A DNA stretch of 64,000 nt from an uncultured bacterium (GTDB lineage Bacteria > Krumholzibacteriota > Krumholzibacteriia > JACNKJ01), in assembly GCA_963695095.1 (NCBI GenBank), contig CAVOFT010000001.1, positions 2,720,001 through 2,784,000 of the forward strand, given 5' to 3'. Under the pieces are notes generated by a model that was not told the origin of the DNA, ran no database searches, and saw only the letters and a list, made by a program, of their open reading frames with translations. Position numbers and translations under genes: made by a program. Of this stretch, positions 48,147 to 59,971 are shown one piece after another; the stretch's first letter is position 1, and every line of letters begins with the position of its first letter.

Positions 48147-50336
48147 CTAGCGCCGACTGCCGAAGCTGAAGGTGCGCAGGCGCAGGCTGTTGGTGACGAC
48201 GAACAGGCTGCTCGCCGCCATGGCCGCCGCGGCGATCATCGGATTGAGGATGCCCAGGGCGGCCAGCGGAATGGCCAGCACGTTGTAGATGAAGGCCCAG
48301 AAGAGATTCTCGCGGATGGTGCGCAGGGTGCGCGCCGACAGGCGGAAGGCATCGAGCACGCGGCCGAGATTGCCGTGCACGAGGGTGACCGGCGCGCTGG
48401 CCACCGCCAGATCCGTGCCGCTCGCGAGGGCGATGCCCACCTCGGCCGCCGCCAGCGCCGGGGCGTCGTTGACGCCGTCCCCGAGCATGGCGACGCCCCG
48501 CCCCTGGGCCGACTCCTCGCGGATGCGCCGCGCCTTCTGATCGGGCCTGAGGCCGGCGGCGTAGCGCGTGATGCCCGCCTGCGCCGCTGCCCGGCGCACA
48601 GCCTCCGGCCTGTCGCCGGACAGGAGCAGGGGCTCCACGCCGAGGGCCTTGAGCTGAGCCACGAGGGCCGGCACTTCGGGGCGCAGCTCGTCCTCGAGGC
48701 CGAAGGCCGCCTCCAGGCGGCCCTCGAGCGCCGCCAGCACCGGGGTGAGTCCGCTCTCCTCGAGCTCGGCCAGCAGGCCGGCCTGCTCGGAGAGGTCCAC
48801 CCCCTCGCTCTCCAGATACCAGGACGAGCCGACGAGCAACTGCTTGCCGGAGATCTCGGCCCGGAGGCCGCCGCCGGGCCGGGTGACGACCGCCAGCGCA
48901 AAGGCCGTGCCCTCGCTGCGATCACGGCAGTAATCGCGCAGGGCCTGCGCCAGGGGATGGCTCACCGAGCTCTCGGCCGCGGCGATGAAGCGCAGGAGCC
49001 GCTCCTGCGGTTCGGTGCCCACCGACTGGAAGCGGGCTACGCGCGGCCGGCCGCGGGTGATGGTGCCCGTCTTGTCCATCGCCAGGAGGTGAACGCCCTG
49101 CAGGGCTTCCAGGCTGGCGGCTTCGCGGAAGAGGATGCCGTGGCGCGCGGCCAGGCCGCTGCCGACGAGGATGGCGGTGGGCGTGGCCAGGCCGAGGGCG
49201 CAGGGGCAGGCGATGATGAGCACCGCCACGCCGCGCATCAGGATGGGCACCAGGCCGAGCTCCGGCACGAGCGCGAGATGCAGCAGCACGGTGAGCAGCG
49301 CGAGGCCCAGCACCACGGGCACGAAGATGCCGGCCACGCGGTCGGCAAGGCGCTGCACCGGCGCCTTCGAGGCCTGAGCATCGCGGACGAGGCGGAGAAT
49401 GCCGGCCACCACGGTCTGCTCGCCGATCGCGCTCACGCGCATCTCGAAGGAGCCGTCCAGGAGCAGGGTGCCCGCGGTGAGGCGCTCGCCCACCTGGCGG
49501 CGGACCTGGCGGCTCTCGCCGGTGAGCAGCGACTCGTCCAGGGCCCCCTCGCCCAGGATGAGCATGCCGTCGACCGGCACCTTGCTGCCCGCGCGCACGC
49601 GGAGTCGGTCGCCGGGGACGAGGGCGCTGGCCGCGACCTCCTCCTCGCTGCCGTCATCGTTGACGCGCAGGGCCCGCTCGGGCAGCAGGCGCGCCAGCTC
49701 GCGCAGGGCGTCGGCGGCGCTGTCGCGAGCGCTGCCCTCGAGCCGGCGGCCCAGGAGGATGAGCGCAATGATGACGGCCGCGCTTTCGAAGTAGAGGTGG
49801 GTGCTGTGGCCGGGCTGCGCGATGCCGATCAGCAGGCTGGCCCAGGAGCCGAGCCAGGCGGCGCCCGTGCCCAGGGCGATCAGCGTCTCCATGGCGCTCT
49901 GGCCGTGGCGCGCCAGCTGCCAGGCGCGCTGGAAGAAACGCCGGCCGGGGCCGGCCAGCACGACGGTGGCCAGGATGCCCTGGACGAGTCCCCAGGCGAG
50001 GTCCATGGGGCCGAACATGGCCAGCGCCATGAGCAGGGCGCCCAGCGGCAGCGCGATGAACAGGTCGCGCTTCAGCGCGGCCGGGTTCTCCACGGTCGAG
50101 GGGATGGCGTGCAGGAACTCGTCGTCGTCCAGCGGATCGGCCTCGAAGCCCACGCGGTGGACAGCTTCGAGGAGGCCCAGGGCCGGCAGGTGCCCGCCGC
50201 CGTGCACGCGGGCCTCCGCGGTGGCCAGGTTGACGCTCACCTGGTCCACGCCGGGAATCGCCGCCAGCGCCTTCTCCACCTTGCTCACGCAGGAGGCGCA
50301 GCTCATGCCCTTGATCCGAAGGCGAAGTTCAGCCAC
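48147..50336 (-). CDS. copA: copper-translocating P1B-type ATPase
   Basis: GMSCASC metal-binding domain, YFES, TGES, CPC, DKTGT, HP, GDGVND, YN and MAASS. Confidence 0.92.
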   Translation of the reverse strand: MAELRLRIKGMSCASCVSKVEKALAAIPGVDQVSVNLATAEARVHGGGHLPALGLLEAVHRVGFEADPLDDDEFLHAIPSTVENPAALKRDLFIALPLGALLMALAMFGPMDLAWGLVQGILATVVLAGPGRRFFQRAWQLARHGQSAMETLIALGTGAAWLGSWASLLIGIAQPGHSTHLYFESAAVIIALILLGRRLEGSARDSAADALRELARLLPERALRVNDDGSEEEVAASALVPGDRLRVRAGSKVPVDGMLILGEGALDESLLTGESRQVRRQVGERLTAGTLLLDGSFEMRVSAIGEQTVVAGILRLVRDAQASKAPVQRLADRVAGIFVPVVLGLALLTVLLHLALVPELGLVPILMRGVAVLIIACPCALGLATPTAILVGSGLAARHGILFREAASLEALQGVHLLAMDKTGTITRGRPRVARFQSVGTEPQERLLRFIAAAESSVSHPLAQALRDYCRDRSEGTAFALAVVTRPGGGLRAEISGKQLLVGSSWYLESEGVDLSEQAGLLAELEESGLTPVLAALEGRLEAAFGLEDELRPEVPALVAQLKALGVEPLLLSGDRPEAVRRAAAQAGITRYAAGLRPDQKARRIREESAQGRGVAMLGDGVNDAPALAAAEVGIALASGTDLAVASAPVTLVHGNLGRVLDAFRLSARTLRTIRENLFWAFIYNVLAIPLAALGILNPMIAAAAMAASSLFVVTNSLRLRTFSFGSRR

Positions 50337-50431
50337 GGGGACCTTCTCAGGCAGGGAAGCCTTGAATCGGGCTCCGCTCCAAGCTAGAATAGTGCCCACA
50401 ACCGGAACCGACGACAAGCAGGAAGGAACCC

Positions 50432-50680
50432 ATGCCCCTCCGCGCTCGCCTGTTGCTCGCTCTGCTCATCGGCGTGGCCAGCGTCGGCGCCGCCTTCGCC
50501 GCCGAGCAGGCTGAGGAGCTGCAGGTCTGTCAGCCGGCCCCGGAATCGACACAAGAAGGTAATCAGAGTGAGCCCGCCGGCAATGGGCTCGAGGCAATGG
50601 CTGCTCCCGCCTCCCCGGCGCAGAGGGCAGCCGATGTGACGCCGACCAGCTGGGGCAACGTCAAGGCGCTCTGGGGCTGA
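50432..50680 (+). CDS. small secreted protein with C-terminal TSWGNVKALWG motif
   Basis: AGGAAGGA RBS, signal peptide ending AFA, low-complexity linker and terminal motif. Confidence 0.65.
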   Translation: MPLRARLLLALLIGVASVGAAFAAEQAEELQVCQPAPESTQEGNQSEPAGNGLEAMAAPASPAQRAADVTPTSWGNVKALWG

Positions 50681-50844
50681 TCACGGCGAGGCCCCATTGG
50701 CGATGCCGGCTTCCGGACTCCGCAAATCCGCTTGCCAGCTCTGTGTGCGCCGCGTAGAGTGCGCCCTTCGGCTTGCGCATCGACCTCTGGTTCACAGCTC
50801 CTGCAGCGCGACCAGACCCAAATCGGCACCAGCAAGGAGGTCTC

Positions 50845-51993
50845 ATGGGACGCAGTGTGGCCGTTGTCTGCCCAAAGGGCGGCGTCGGCAAGACGACCAT
50901 CGCGGTGAACCTGGCTGCCGCCCTGGCCGAGCAGGGACAGCGCTGCTTGCTCGTGGGCGTCGACCCCCAGTGCGGCATCGTGAGCTGCTTCGGCAAGGAT
51001 CGCTTCGACATCGACAACGGACTGCTGGATTTCTTCGACCCCGACGGCGATCCTGCAGCCGCCGTCCAGGCCAGCGGCACGCCGAACCTCGATTTCATCA
51101 CGAGCAACGTCTGGTCGCGCGACGAAGAGCGCGAGCTGACCGAGGGCGCTGCGCACTTCCCCGAACGCCTCGCGGAGCAGGTGGCCCGCCTGAGCAGCGC
51201 CTACGATCTCGTCATCCTCGACTGCCCGCCGAACCTCGGCGCGCTCACGGCCGCGGCCCTGCAGGCCGCCGACTACTGCCTCGTGCCGCTGCAGGCCGAG
51301 GAGCTGGCCTATCGCGCGCTGCCCCGTCTCTTCGACGGCATGGATGAGATGCGCCGTCAGGGCCGGCGCCTGCCCGCGCTGCTGGGCGTCGTACTCAACC
51401 TCGTCGATCCGCGCACGCGCTTGTCCGCAGACATCGTGGCGCGCGTGCGCGAGGACTACGCAGGCCAGGTCTTCGCGACGGCCATTCCGCGCAGCGTGCG
51501 CCTGGCCGAAGTGGCCCAGCGCGGCCGACCCGTGAATCAATTCAATCGCAGCGGGCTGGCCGCAGGCGCCTTCGCCGCGCTGGCCGACGAAGTGCTTGCC
51601 GCACTGGCCGGCGAGGAGGCCGCGGCCAACGCGGTCGGCGGCGGTGAGCTGCGCCGGCTGGCACTGGTCGTTGCTCCGGATGCCGAGGAGGAGCCGCCCG
51701 CCCGGCAGGCCCAGGCCACGCTGGCGACAGCCGGCGCGTTCGGCGCCCAGGGGAGGATCGGCGCTGCGAGTGCGGCCGGCGCAGTGAGCGGGCCCGGCGC
51801 TCGCGAGCCCGAGTCCGAGCGCGAGCCCGACTGGGCCCTCGAAACGGCGGGTGAGCGCGATGGCGAGAGCGGCGACGAGGATCGCCTGCTCTCCCTCGAC
51901 GAACTCGTCGAGGACGAGGATGACGACGGCAGCCGCCATCGGCCGAGCCTTGACGACTACGACAGCGCCAATGATGAGGACTACTACCACTAG
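50845..51993 (+). CDS. ParA/Soj family ATPase with long acidic C-terminal extension
   Basis: PKGGVGKTT, DPQ, ILDCPPNLG and IPRSVRLAE; RBS AAGGAGG. Confidence 0.88.
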   Translation: MGRSVAVVCPKGGVGKTTIAVNLAAALAEQGQRCLLVGVDPQCGIVSCFGKDRFDIDNGLLDFFDPDGDPAAAVQASGTPNLDFITSNVWSRDEERELTEGAAHFPERLAEQVARLSSAYDLVILDCPPNLGALTAAALQAADYCLVPLQAEELAYRALPRLFDGMDEMRRQGRRLPALLGVVLNLVDPRTRLSADIVARVREDYAGQVFATAIPRSVRLAEVAQRGRPVNQFNRSGLAAGAFAALADEVLAALAGEEAAANAVGGGELRRLALVVAPDAEEEPPARQAQATLATAGAFGAQGRIGAASAAGAVSGPGAREPESEREPDWALETAGERDGESGDEDRLLSLDELVEDEDDDGSRHRPSLDDYDSANDEDYYH

Positions 51994-52015
51994 CGGCTCT
52001 CCGCAGGTCTCGCAG

Positions 52016-52054
52016 AGGGGGGTGGGCCGCCAAGCGGCCCACCCCCCCTTCATT
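52016..52054 (+). terminator. terminator after the ParA-family gene
   Basis: AGGGGGGTGGGCCGC-CAA-GCGGCCCACCCCCC followed by CTTCATT. Confidence 0.7.
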
Positions 52055-52200
52055 CGGCGGCCGGGGCGGCTGCAGCGCCCTGCAGCGCAGAGCGGGCCGG
52101 CGGCGAAGTCGGCATTAACGACAGAATTGGCCTAATTGCCATAGTATTGATATTCCAGCATTTGTGCGCCATGTCCGGGCCGCGGTGGGGCCGCGCTGGG

Positions 52201-52229
52201 TTGACATCCCCTGGGGGGCTCAGTACTTT
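52201..52229 (+). promoter_or_regulatory. sigma70-type promoter of the oxidoreductase operon
   Basis: TTGACA-17 nt-TACTTT. Confidence 0.6.
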
Positions 52230-52337
52230 GTGGGCGTTCCGGCTGTTGCTTGTCTGCTTTTCCGCTTAGGCCGCGGTCGCCAGGAAGCCCAGGCGGCGAC
52301 GGCCCCCGCTGACGCCGAGAAGAAAGGCGGGCCCGAA

Positions 52338-52580
52338 ATGAGCCGCATTCTGGATGAGGCCCTCACCTTCGTCTCCCCTGAACACTGCAAGGGCTGCAGC
52401 CTCTGCGTGATCTCCTGTCCCCAGGACTGCCTCGCCCTGCTCAGCAGTTTCAACAGCCGCGGCTATCACCCGGCCCACTACCGGGGCGACGGCTGCACGG
52501 GCTGCGGCATGTGCTTCTACGCCTGCCCCGAGCCCTCAGCGATCACGGTCTACAAGAAGGGCGCCGAGTACCCGGACTAG
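52338..52580 (+). CDS. 2x[4Fe-4S] ferredoxin, delta subunit of a 2-oxoacid:ferredoxin oxidoreductase
   Basis: [12 protein letters not shown] and [12 protein letters not shown]. Confidence 0.9.
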   Translation: MSRILDEALTFVSPEHCKGCSLCVISCPQDCLALLSSFNSRGYHPAHYRGDGCTGCGMCFYACPEPSAITVYKKGAEYPD

Positions 52581-52592
52581 GGAGGCATTGCC

Positions 52593-53659
52593 GTGGCCAA
52601 GGAGTTCATCAAGGGGAACGACGCCATCGTGAAGGCCGCGCTCCTCGCCGGTTGCCAGTCGTACTACGGCTACCCGATCACCCCCGCCAGCGAGATCGCC
52701 CACGCCGCCGCCAAGTACTTCCCCCGCGTGGGCCGCACCTTCCTGCAGGCCGAGAGCGAGATCGCGGCGATCAAGATGGTCTACGGCGCCGCCGCCTCGG
52801 GCGAGCGCAGCATGACGGCTTCCTCGAGCCCGGGCATCAGCCTGAAGCAGGAGGGCCTCAGCTACCTGGCCGGCAGCGAGCTGCCCTGCGTCGTGGTCGA
52901 CATCATGCGCGGCGGTCCCGGCCTGGGCAACATCGCCCCCGAGCAGAGCGACTACAACCAGATGGTCAAGGGCGGCGGCCACGGCAACTACAAGCTCATC
53001 GTCCTCGCGCCCAACGGCGCTCAGGAGATGTGCGACCTCACGATCAAGGCCTTCGACCTGGCCGACCGCTACCGCAACCCGGCGGTGATCCTGGCCGACG
53101 GCTTCATCGGCCAGATGATGGAGCCGGTGGAGTTTCCCGCCGCCGGTCGCCGACATCCCGGCCAAGCCCTGGGCGCTCAAGGGCGAGAAGATCGACAGCG
53201 AGAACCTGATCAACTCCATCTTCCTCGATCCGGACGAGCTGGAGGCGCACAACGTGCACCTTCAGGAGAAGTACGCGCTCGATCGCCGAGCGCGAGGTGA
53301 TGATCGAGGAGTACCTCACCGGACGACGCCGAGCTCGTGCTGGTCGGCTACGGCATCGTCAGCCGCATCCTGCGCTCGGTGGCGGAGCGGGCGCGGGCCG
53401 ACGGGCATCAAGGTCGGCCTGCTCCGGCCGATCACGCTCTGCCCCTTCCCGAGCGTTCGCATCGCCGCCCTCGCGGGCCAAACGCAAGCCTTCCTCGCCG
53501 TGCGAGCTGAGCAACGGCCAGATGGTGGACGACGTGCGCCTGGCCGTCTCGGGCCGGGTCCCCGTGCACTTCTACGGCCGCATGGGCGGCAACGTGCCGA
53601 CGGTCGAAGAGATCTACAAGGTCGTGAAGGGCCATCTGGCCGTTGCCACGAGCGCCTGA
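52593..53659 (+). CDS. vorB: 2-oxoacid:ferredoxin oxidoreductase alpha subunit (VorB-like), frameshifted
   Basis: [40 protein letters not shown] and GQMVDDV. Confidence 0.85.
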
Positions 53660-53668
53660 GGAGGAACC

Positions 53669-55095
<1,427 letters not shown>

Positions 55096-55115
55096 GCCCG
55101 CGACAAGGAGCGCCC

Positions 55116-57161
55116 ATGCTGCCCGGCCAGTTCCCCACCAATCTGCTCTTCACGCTCGTCCTCATCGCCACGCTCGTCTTCTTCGTCTGGACCCTGAGGC
55201 GGCTCGTCGCGATTCTCAAGCTCGGCAAGCCCGACGCGCGCAGCGAACGCATGGGCGAGAGGTGGCGCGCCATCCTCGTCTACTTCTTCGGGCAGAGAAG
55301 CGTGCTGCGCGAGCCGGCGGGGCTCGGCCACTTCTTCATCTTCTGGGGCTTCCTGATTCTCAGCCTGGGCACCCTGGAGACCTTCATCCGCGCCTTTGCG
55401 GGCGATTTCACCTTCGCGGCCGTCGTCGGCCCGAGCGCCTACGCGCTCTTCGGGCTCCTGCTCGACCTCTTCGGCCTCGCCGTGCTGGTGGCGATCGGGG
55501 TGGGCCTGGCCCGCCGCTGGTTCGTGAAGCCCCTTCGCCTGCAAAGCGACGACCCCGGCACCAAGCGCGACGCCACGCTGATCCTGAGCTGGATCGTGGC
55601 GCTCGTGCTGCTCATGTGGATCGGCCGCGCCGCGGAGGCGCGCCTGGCCTGGGTGCATGGCGCCCGCGAGTGGTCAGCGGGCATGCGCCTGTCCTTCGTC
55701 AGCCAGTGGCTGGTGGACGCCTTCCGCACCCGCGGGGTGCAGGGCCTGGAAGTGATCATCGCGGCGAGCTGGTGGGCGCACACCCTGCTCATCCTCGGCT
55801 TCCTCGCCTACATCCCCTATAGCAAGCACCTGCACATCTTGATGGCCGCGCCGAACATGATCTTCCGCCGCCTGCCGGGGCAGCCCAAGGCGCGGCTGAG
55901 CACGCTCGACTTCGCCGACGAAACGCTGACCAAGTACGGCAAGGACGAGATCCAGGACCTCACCTGGAAGCAGATGCTCGACCACTACGCCTGCACCGAG
56001 TGCGGGCGCTGCCAGAATGAGTGTCCGGCCTACGCAACGGGCAAGCCGCTGTCCCCCTACATGATGGTGCACCATGTGAAGGAACACGTGCTCGCCAAGG
56101 GCGGAGCGCTGCTCGCGAGCAAGGACGGCACGCTGCCGGAGAGCGCGCCGGCGGCGGTCACGGCCGCCCTCGTCGGCGAGGTCTTCAGCGTCGATGCGAT
56201 CTGGAGCTGCACCACCTGCGGCGCTTGCGAAGCCGCCTGCCCGGTCTTCATCGAGCACATCCAGGAGATCGTCGACTTCCGCCGCGGCCTGGTGATGATG
56301 CAGGGCGCCATCGCGCCCGAGGTGCAGCTCGCCCTCAAGAACCTGGAGACGAACAGCAACCCCTGGCAGATTCCGCACACCGAGCGCGGCGCCTGGGCAG
56401 CGGGCCTGGACCTGCCACTGTATAGTGAGAAGCCCGACGCCGAGTACCTCTTCTACGTGGGCTGCATGGGCAGCTTCGACGAGCGCAACAAGAGGATCAG
56501 CGTGGCCTTCGCCCAGCTCCTCAAGCAGGCGGGCGTGGACTTCGCCATCCTCGGCGCTGAGGAGAAGTGCTGCGGCGACCCGGCGCGGCGCATCGGCAAC
56601 GAGTACCTGGGCGACATGCAGGCGCGGGCCAACGTCGAGCAGTTCAATGCGCTCGGCGTGAAGAAGGTGCTCACGGCCTGCCCGCATTGCTTCAATACCC
56701 TGGCCCACGAGTATCCGGATTTCGGCGGGCGCTTCGAGGTGATCCACCACGCCGAGTTCCTGGCCCGGCTGGTGGTGGCCGGCAAGCTGAAGCCCGCGGC
56801 ATCGCTCGCCGGACAGAAGGTCAGCTATCATGACTCCTGCTACCTGGGCCGGCACAACGGCATCTACGACGCGCCGCGCGCCCTGCTCGAGGCGGCGGGC
56901 GCCGAGCTGGTCGAGATGCCGAGGACCCGCGAGAAGGGCTTCTGCTGCGGCGCCGGCGGCGGCCGCATGTGGATGGAAGAAACCCTGGGCACGCGCATCA
57001 ACGAGAATCGCGCCGAGGAGGCCATCGCCACCGGCGCCGCCACCGTGGCCAGCGCCTGCCCCTTCTGCCTGACCATGCTCTCCGACGGCGTCAAGGCCAA
57101 GGGCGCGGGCGAGAGCGTGGCAACCAAGGACGTGGCGGAGCTGCTGGCGTCCAGCCCCTGA
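55116..57161 (+). CDS. membrane-bound Fe-S oxidoreductase (FadF/HdrD/GlpC-like, CCG domains)
   Basis: N-terminal TM helices with His, [29 protein letters not shown] and CCGAGGG. Confidence 0.9.
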   Translation: MLPGQFPTNLLFTLVLIATLVFFVWTLRRLVAILKLGKPDARSERMGERWRAILVYFFGQRSVLREPAGLGHFFIFWGFLILSLGTLETFIRAFAGDFTFAAVVGPSAYALFGLLLDLFGLAVLVAIGVGLARRWFVKPLRLQSDDPGTKRDATLILSWIVALVLLMWIGRAAEARLAWVHGAREWSAGMRLSFVSQWLVDAFRTRGVQGLEVIIAASWWAHTLLILGFLAYIPYSKHLHILMAAPNMIFRRLPGQPKARLSTLDFADETLTKYGKDEIQDLTWKQMLDHYACTECGRCQNECPAYATGKPLSPYMMVHHVKEHVLAKGGALLASKDGTLPESAPAAVTAALVGEVFSVDAIWSCTTCGACEAACPVFIEHIQEIVDFRRGLVMMQGAIAPEVQLALKNLETNSNPWQIPHTERGAWAAGLDLPLYSEKPDAEYLFYVGCMGSFDERNKRISVAFAQLLKQAGVDFAILGAEEKCCGDPARRIGNEYLGDMQARANVEQFNALGVKKVLTACPHCFNTLAHEYPDFGGRFEVIHHAEFLARLVVAGKLKPAASLAGQKVSYHDSCYLGRHNGIYDAPRALLEAAGAELVEMPRTREKGFCCGAGGGRMWMEETLGTRINENRAEEAIATGAATVASACPFCLTMLSDGVKAKGAGESVATKDVAELLASSP

Positions 57162-57171
57162 GGAGAGCGGC

Positions 57172-57552
57172 ATGGAGACGCGCGACCGCAAGCTGATCGG
57201 CAGCCTGCACATCGCCCTCGCCCTGGTCGGCCTGCTGCCGGCCATCCTGCTCTCGGCAGTCCTCCTCTTCAGCCGCGGCTTCCTGGTGCCGGGTTTCCCG
57301 CTGCCGGTGGAGAATCTCCTGCGCCTGGTCGCGATCCTCCTCGGCGCACTGGCGGTGCCAGGCTTGATCGGCGGTCTCGGCTTGATCGCCGGAGCGCGGT
57401 GGGCGCCCGTGCTCGTGCTCGTGGTCTCCGGCCTGCACCTGCTCAACCTGCCCTTGGGCACCGCAGTGGCCATCTTCACGATCATCCGCTACTGGCAGAG
57501 CACTCCCCCCGATCGTGAAACAGAGGCCGGCAGCCCCGTCGAAGCCTCCTGA
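57172..57552 (+). CDS. small membrane protein
   Basis: RBS GAGGAG, 3-4 hydrophobic segments and LLNLPLGTA. Confidence 0.7.
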   Translation: METRDRKLIGSLHIALALVGLLPAILLSAVLLFSRGFLVPGFPLPVENLLRLVAILLGALAVPGLIGGLGLIAGARWAPVLVLVVSGLHLLNLPLGTAVAIFTIIRYWQSTPPDRETEAGSPVEAS

Positions 57553-57768
57553 GCTGCAGTTCCCTGCACGCGCCGAGGGGAAGCCGCGCTTCCCTGGCCG
57601 AGCCGCACTGCGGTGGGCCTGCCTCCTCGCACATCATCTCGCATAGACTGCGATAAACTTGACCATTGGTCCGAGATGGGCGATAATGGGCTTTGCCCCG
57701 CCCGGAGCCTGCATCGATGCGCGCTTCGACACCCCTGTCCACGCGAACCGAACCCAGGAGCCGGATTC

Positions 57769-58482
57769 ATGCGCATCCCCAGCCTATTCCGATCGCCCTC
57801 GCGCCTGCTCGCCCTTGCCGCTTGCGCGCTCATCGCGGGCACGGCCTGCAAGGAGGACTCCCCCTCCGCCCCCGCTGCAGTCGAACCCTTCACCCTGAGC
57901 TACACCTTCAAGTCGGGGATCACGGAGGACGGCTTCGACTGGCCGGCCTCCTTCGTGGACGATACGCCGAGCTCCTGGTACACGAATCCCGATGGCGTCG
58001 TGTTCTTCCACGACATCGGCAATCTGCTGTTCATCGACAGCAACACGCTGCTACCGGATGAAGTGGCGGTCGGCAACGGCATCGTCGACGAGTGCCTCTG
58101 GGGCAACCCGCACCCGCGATACTACCCGGTCGCGCCGGTGGTCTACATCATCCTCCCCGCCAAGGCGGATAGCGTGTCCTTCGACTACGCCTGCGTGTTC
58201 GGCGGCGAATCGCCGCCCGATACGCTCTCGGTCTCGATCGGGGACGCACCTGGCGCTGGTTTCGTGACCTTCATCCTGCCGGACTCCTGGAACGCCGGGG
58301 CGCCCTACCAGAATTCCCTTGGCCGCTCGGGCAGGATCGCTTTCTCGGTCGAATCGCTCGCCGCCGATCACGATCACCACATCAGCGGGATCCGCTACCT
58401 CGGCATCTTTGTCGATACCCTCGCCGACGAGGCCGGCAACAGCGCCTTCGCCATCGACAACTTCACGGCCGTCAGGCGCTAG
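57769..58482 (+). CDS. hypothetical lipoprotein
   Basis: RBS AGGAG, lipobox-like GTAC-KED and a beta-rich body ending FAIDNF. Confidence 0.7.
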   Translation: MRIPSLFRSPSRLLALAACALIAGTACKEDSPSAPAAVEPFTLSYTFKSGITEDGFDWPASFVDDTPSSWYTNPDGVVFFHDIGNLLFIDSNTLLPDEVAVGNGIVDECLWGNPHPRYYPVAPVVYIILPAKADSVSFDYACVFGGESPPDTLSVSIGDAPGAGFVTFILPDSWNAGAPYQNSLGRSGRIAFSVESLAADHDHHISGIRYLGIFVDTLADEAGNSAFAIDNFTAVRR

Positions 58483-58630
58483 CGGCCTCCCGTCGCCCGG
58501 CGGCAGGGGCCCAAGGCTGGGCGGGCGCCAGGATAGCGGCGGCCGCCGAGCTGGTGGAGATGCCGAAAAGCCGGGAGAAAGGCTGCTGCAGCGGCGCGCC
58601 GCAGCACTGCAGCAACCCTGGCGTGGATGT

Positions 58631-59257
58631 CTAGTGGCCGTGACCCTCGGCGCCCTGCCCGCTCTCGGCGTGGTGGGCGCCAGCAGCGATGATCGCGGCA
58701 TGCAGGTTCTCGACGTAGTGCACGTAGGTCACGTAGGCCGCCACGTACTCCCGTCCCGCCTCGACGCTCTCGTCCTTGTGCTGCCTTGCCGCCGCCGCCT
58801 GCGCATATTTCTCCCTGACGATCTCCGCCATGTGGCCGTCGAGCGCCTTGATCATCGCATCGGCCGAGCCGGCGGCAAGGGCCTGGTCGGCCATGGCGGT
58901 GATCGGCTCAGCCGGCGCGTCCGTGATGCCGGTGAAGGGCGCCCCTTCGCCGGCGCGATGCAGGCGGACCAGGGTCTCGAGAAAGTGCTGGTCGACCAGC
59001 GCCTTCGCCTCGGGACTCTTCGCGCGGACGGCAACCGTCTGGGCGAAGACCGCCTTGATCGCTGCTTCGTCACCCGGGCCCACCCACTTCAGGACTGGGG
59101 TGACGTCCCCCCGCTCCAGCGCCGCTTTGGCTTCCGGGATGAGGGGACCGCCAGTCGAATCGCAGTGGGCCAGGGCGCTTGCAGCCAGAACCGCCGACAT
59201 CCCCATCGCCACCACCATCGCCACCATCGCGCCGCCGATCCTCCATTCATACTTCAT
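58631..59257 (-). CDS. secreted DUF6448-like protein with His-rich tail
   Basis: Signal peptide, then HCDSTGGP, FLETLVRLHRAGEGAPFTG and GREYVAAYV. Confidence 0.75.
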   Translation of the reverse strand: MKYEWRIGGAMVAMVVAMGMSAVLAASALAHCDSTGGPLIPEAKAALERGDVTPVLKWVGPGDEAAIKAVFAQTVAVRAKSPEAKALVDQHFLETLVRLHRAGEGAPFTGITDAPAEPITAMADQALAAGSADAMIKALDGHMAEIVREKYAQAAAARQHKDESVEAGREYVAAYVTYVHYVENLHAAIIAAGAHHAESGQGAEGHGH

Positions 59258-59304
59258 GACAGCCCTCCTCGCGTGTTGGTTTTCGCATCTCAGCATCCAG
59301 CCGA

Positions 59305-59961
59305 TCATGGCACCCTCGTCGGCCTTTCGCAACCGTTCTCGCCGGGGCCCGCCGGCAGGTAGCGATAGTGGCTTGTGATCGCGTAGCTGAAGAGGACATC
59401 CTCCTCCCGCGTGCCGCGGCCGATGTTGTGGATGACCAGCGGCGTCCCCCCCGCGCTCGCGCGATCCGAGACGATGCCGATATGCGGCACGCCCGAGGGC
59501 AGCCGCCAGGTGACGATGTCACCGGCGGCATAGTCCGCGGCCGCGCGGCTCACCGGCAGGCGCTCGCCGTGGCGGGCGAAGTAGGTCGCCAGGTTCGGCA
59601 CGCGCCGGTGGTCGATGTTGGGATCGGGCCGGGCAAGGCCCCAGAGCTTGGGATAGGCGTCCCAGGCGGCCAGCATGTCCTCGTGCACGAGTACCTGCAG
59701 GTCGAGCTCCAGTCCGCGGTAGGTGCGCACGAGCACGTCCGTGCAGACCCCGCGGTCGGCAGGCAGGTCGCCGCCCGGATAGTCGAGGCGCCGGTAGGCG
59801 GGATCGTAGTGCAGGGTGACGCCGACCTGCTCGCGGGCGGCGGCCACCAGGCGCCGGCCCGCCTCCTCGGCTTTGGCCGGCGCCGCGCCGAGCAGGGCGA
59901 GAACCACCACGGCGAGGGGGCCAGCGAGCGCCGCGCGGCGAGCCCCGCGCGCCTGGCTCAC
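59305..59961 (-). CDS. DUF1287 domain protein
   Basis: Motifs YDPAY..LDYPGGD, GVCTDV, NIDHRRVPNL, PHIGIV and HNIG. Confidence 0.85.
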   Translation of the reverse strand: MSQARGARRAALAGPLAVVVLALLGAAPAKAEEAGRRLVAAAREQVGVTLHYDPAYRRLDYPGGDLPADRGVCTDVLVRTYRGLELDLQVLVHEDMLAAWDAYPKLWGLARPDPNIDHRRVPNLATYFARHGERLPVSRAAADYAAGDIVTWRLPSGVPHIGIVSDRASAGGTPLVIHNIGRGTREEDVLFSYAITSHYRYLPAGPGENGCERPTRVP

Positions 59962-59971
59962 CGGCGCCTGC

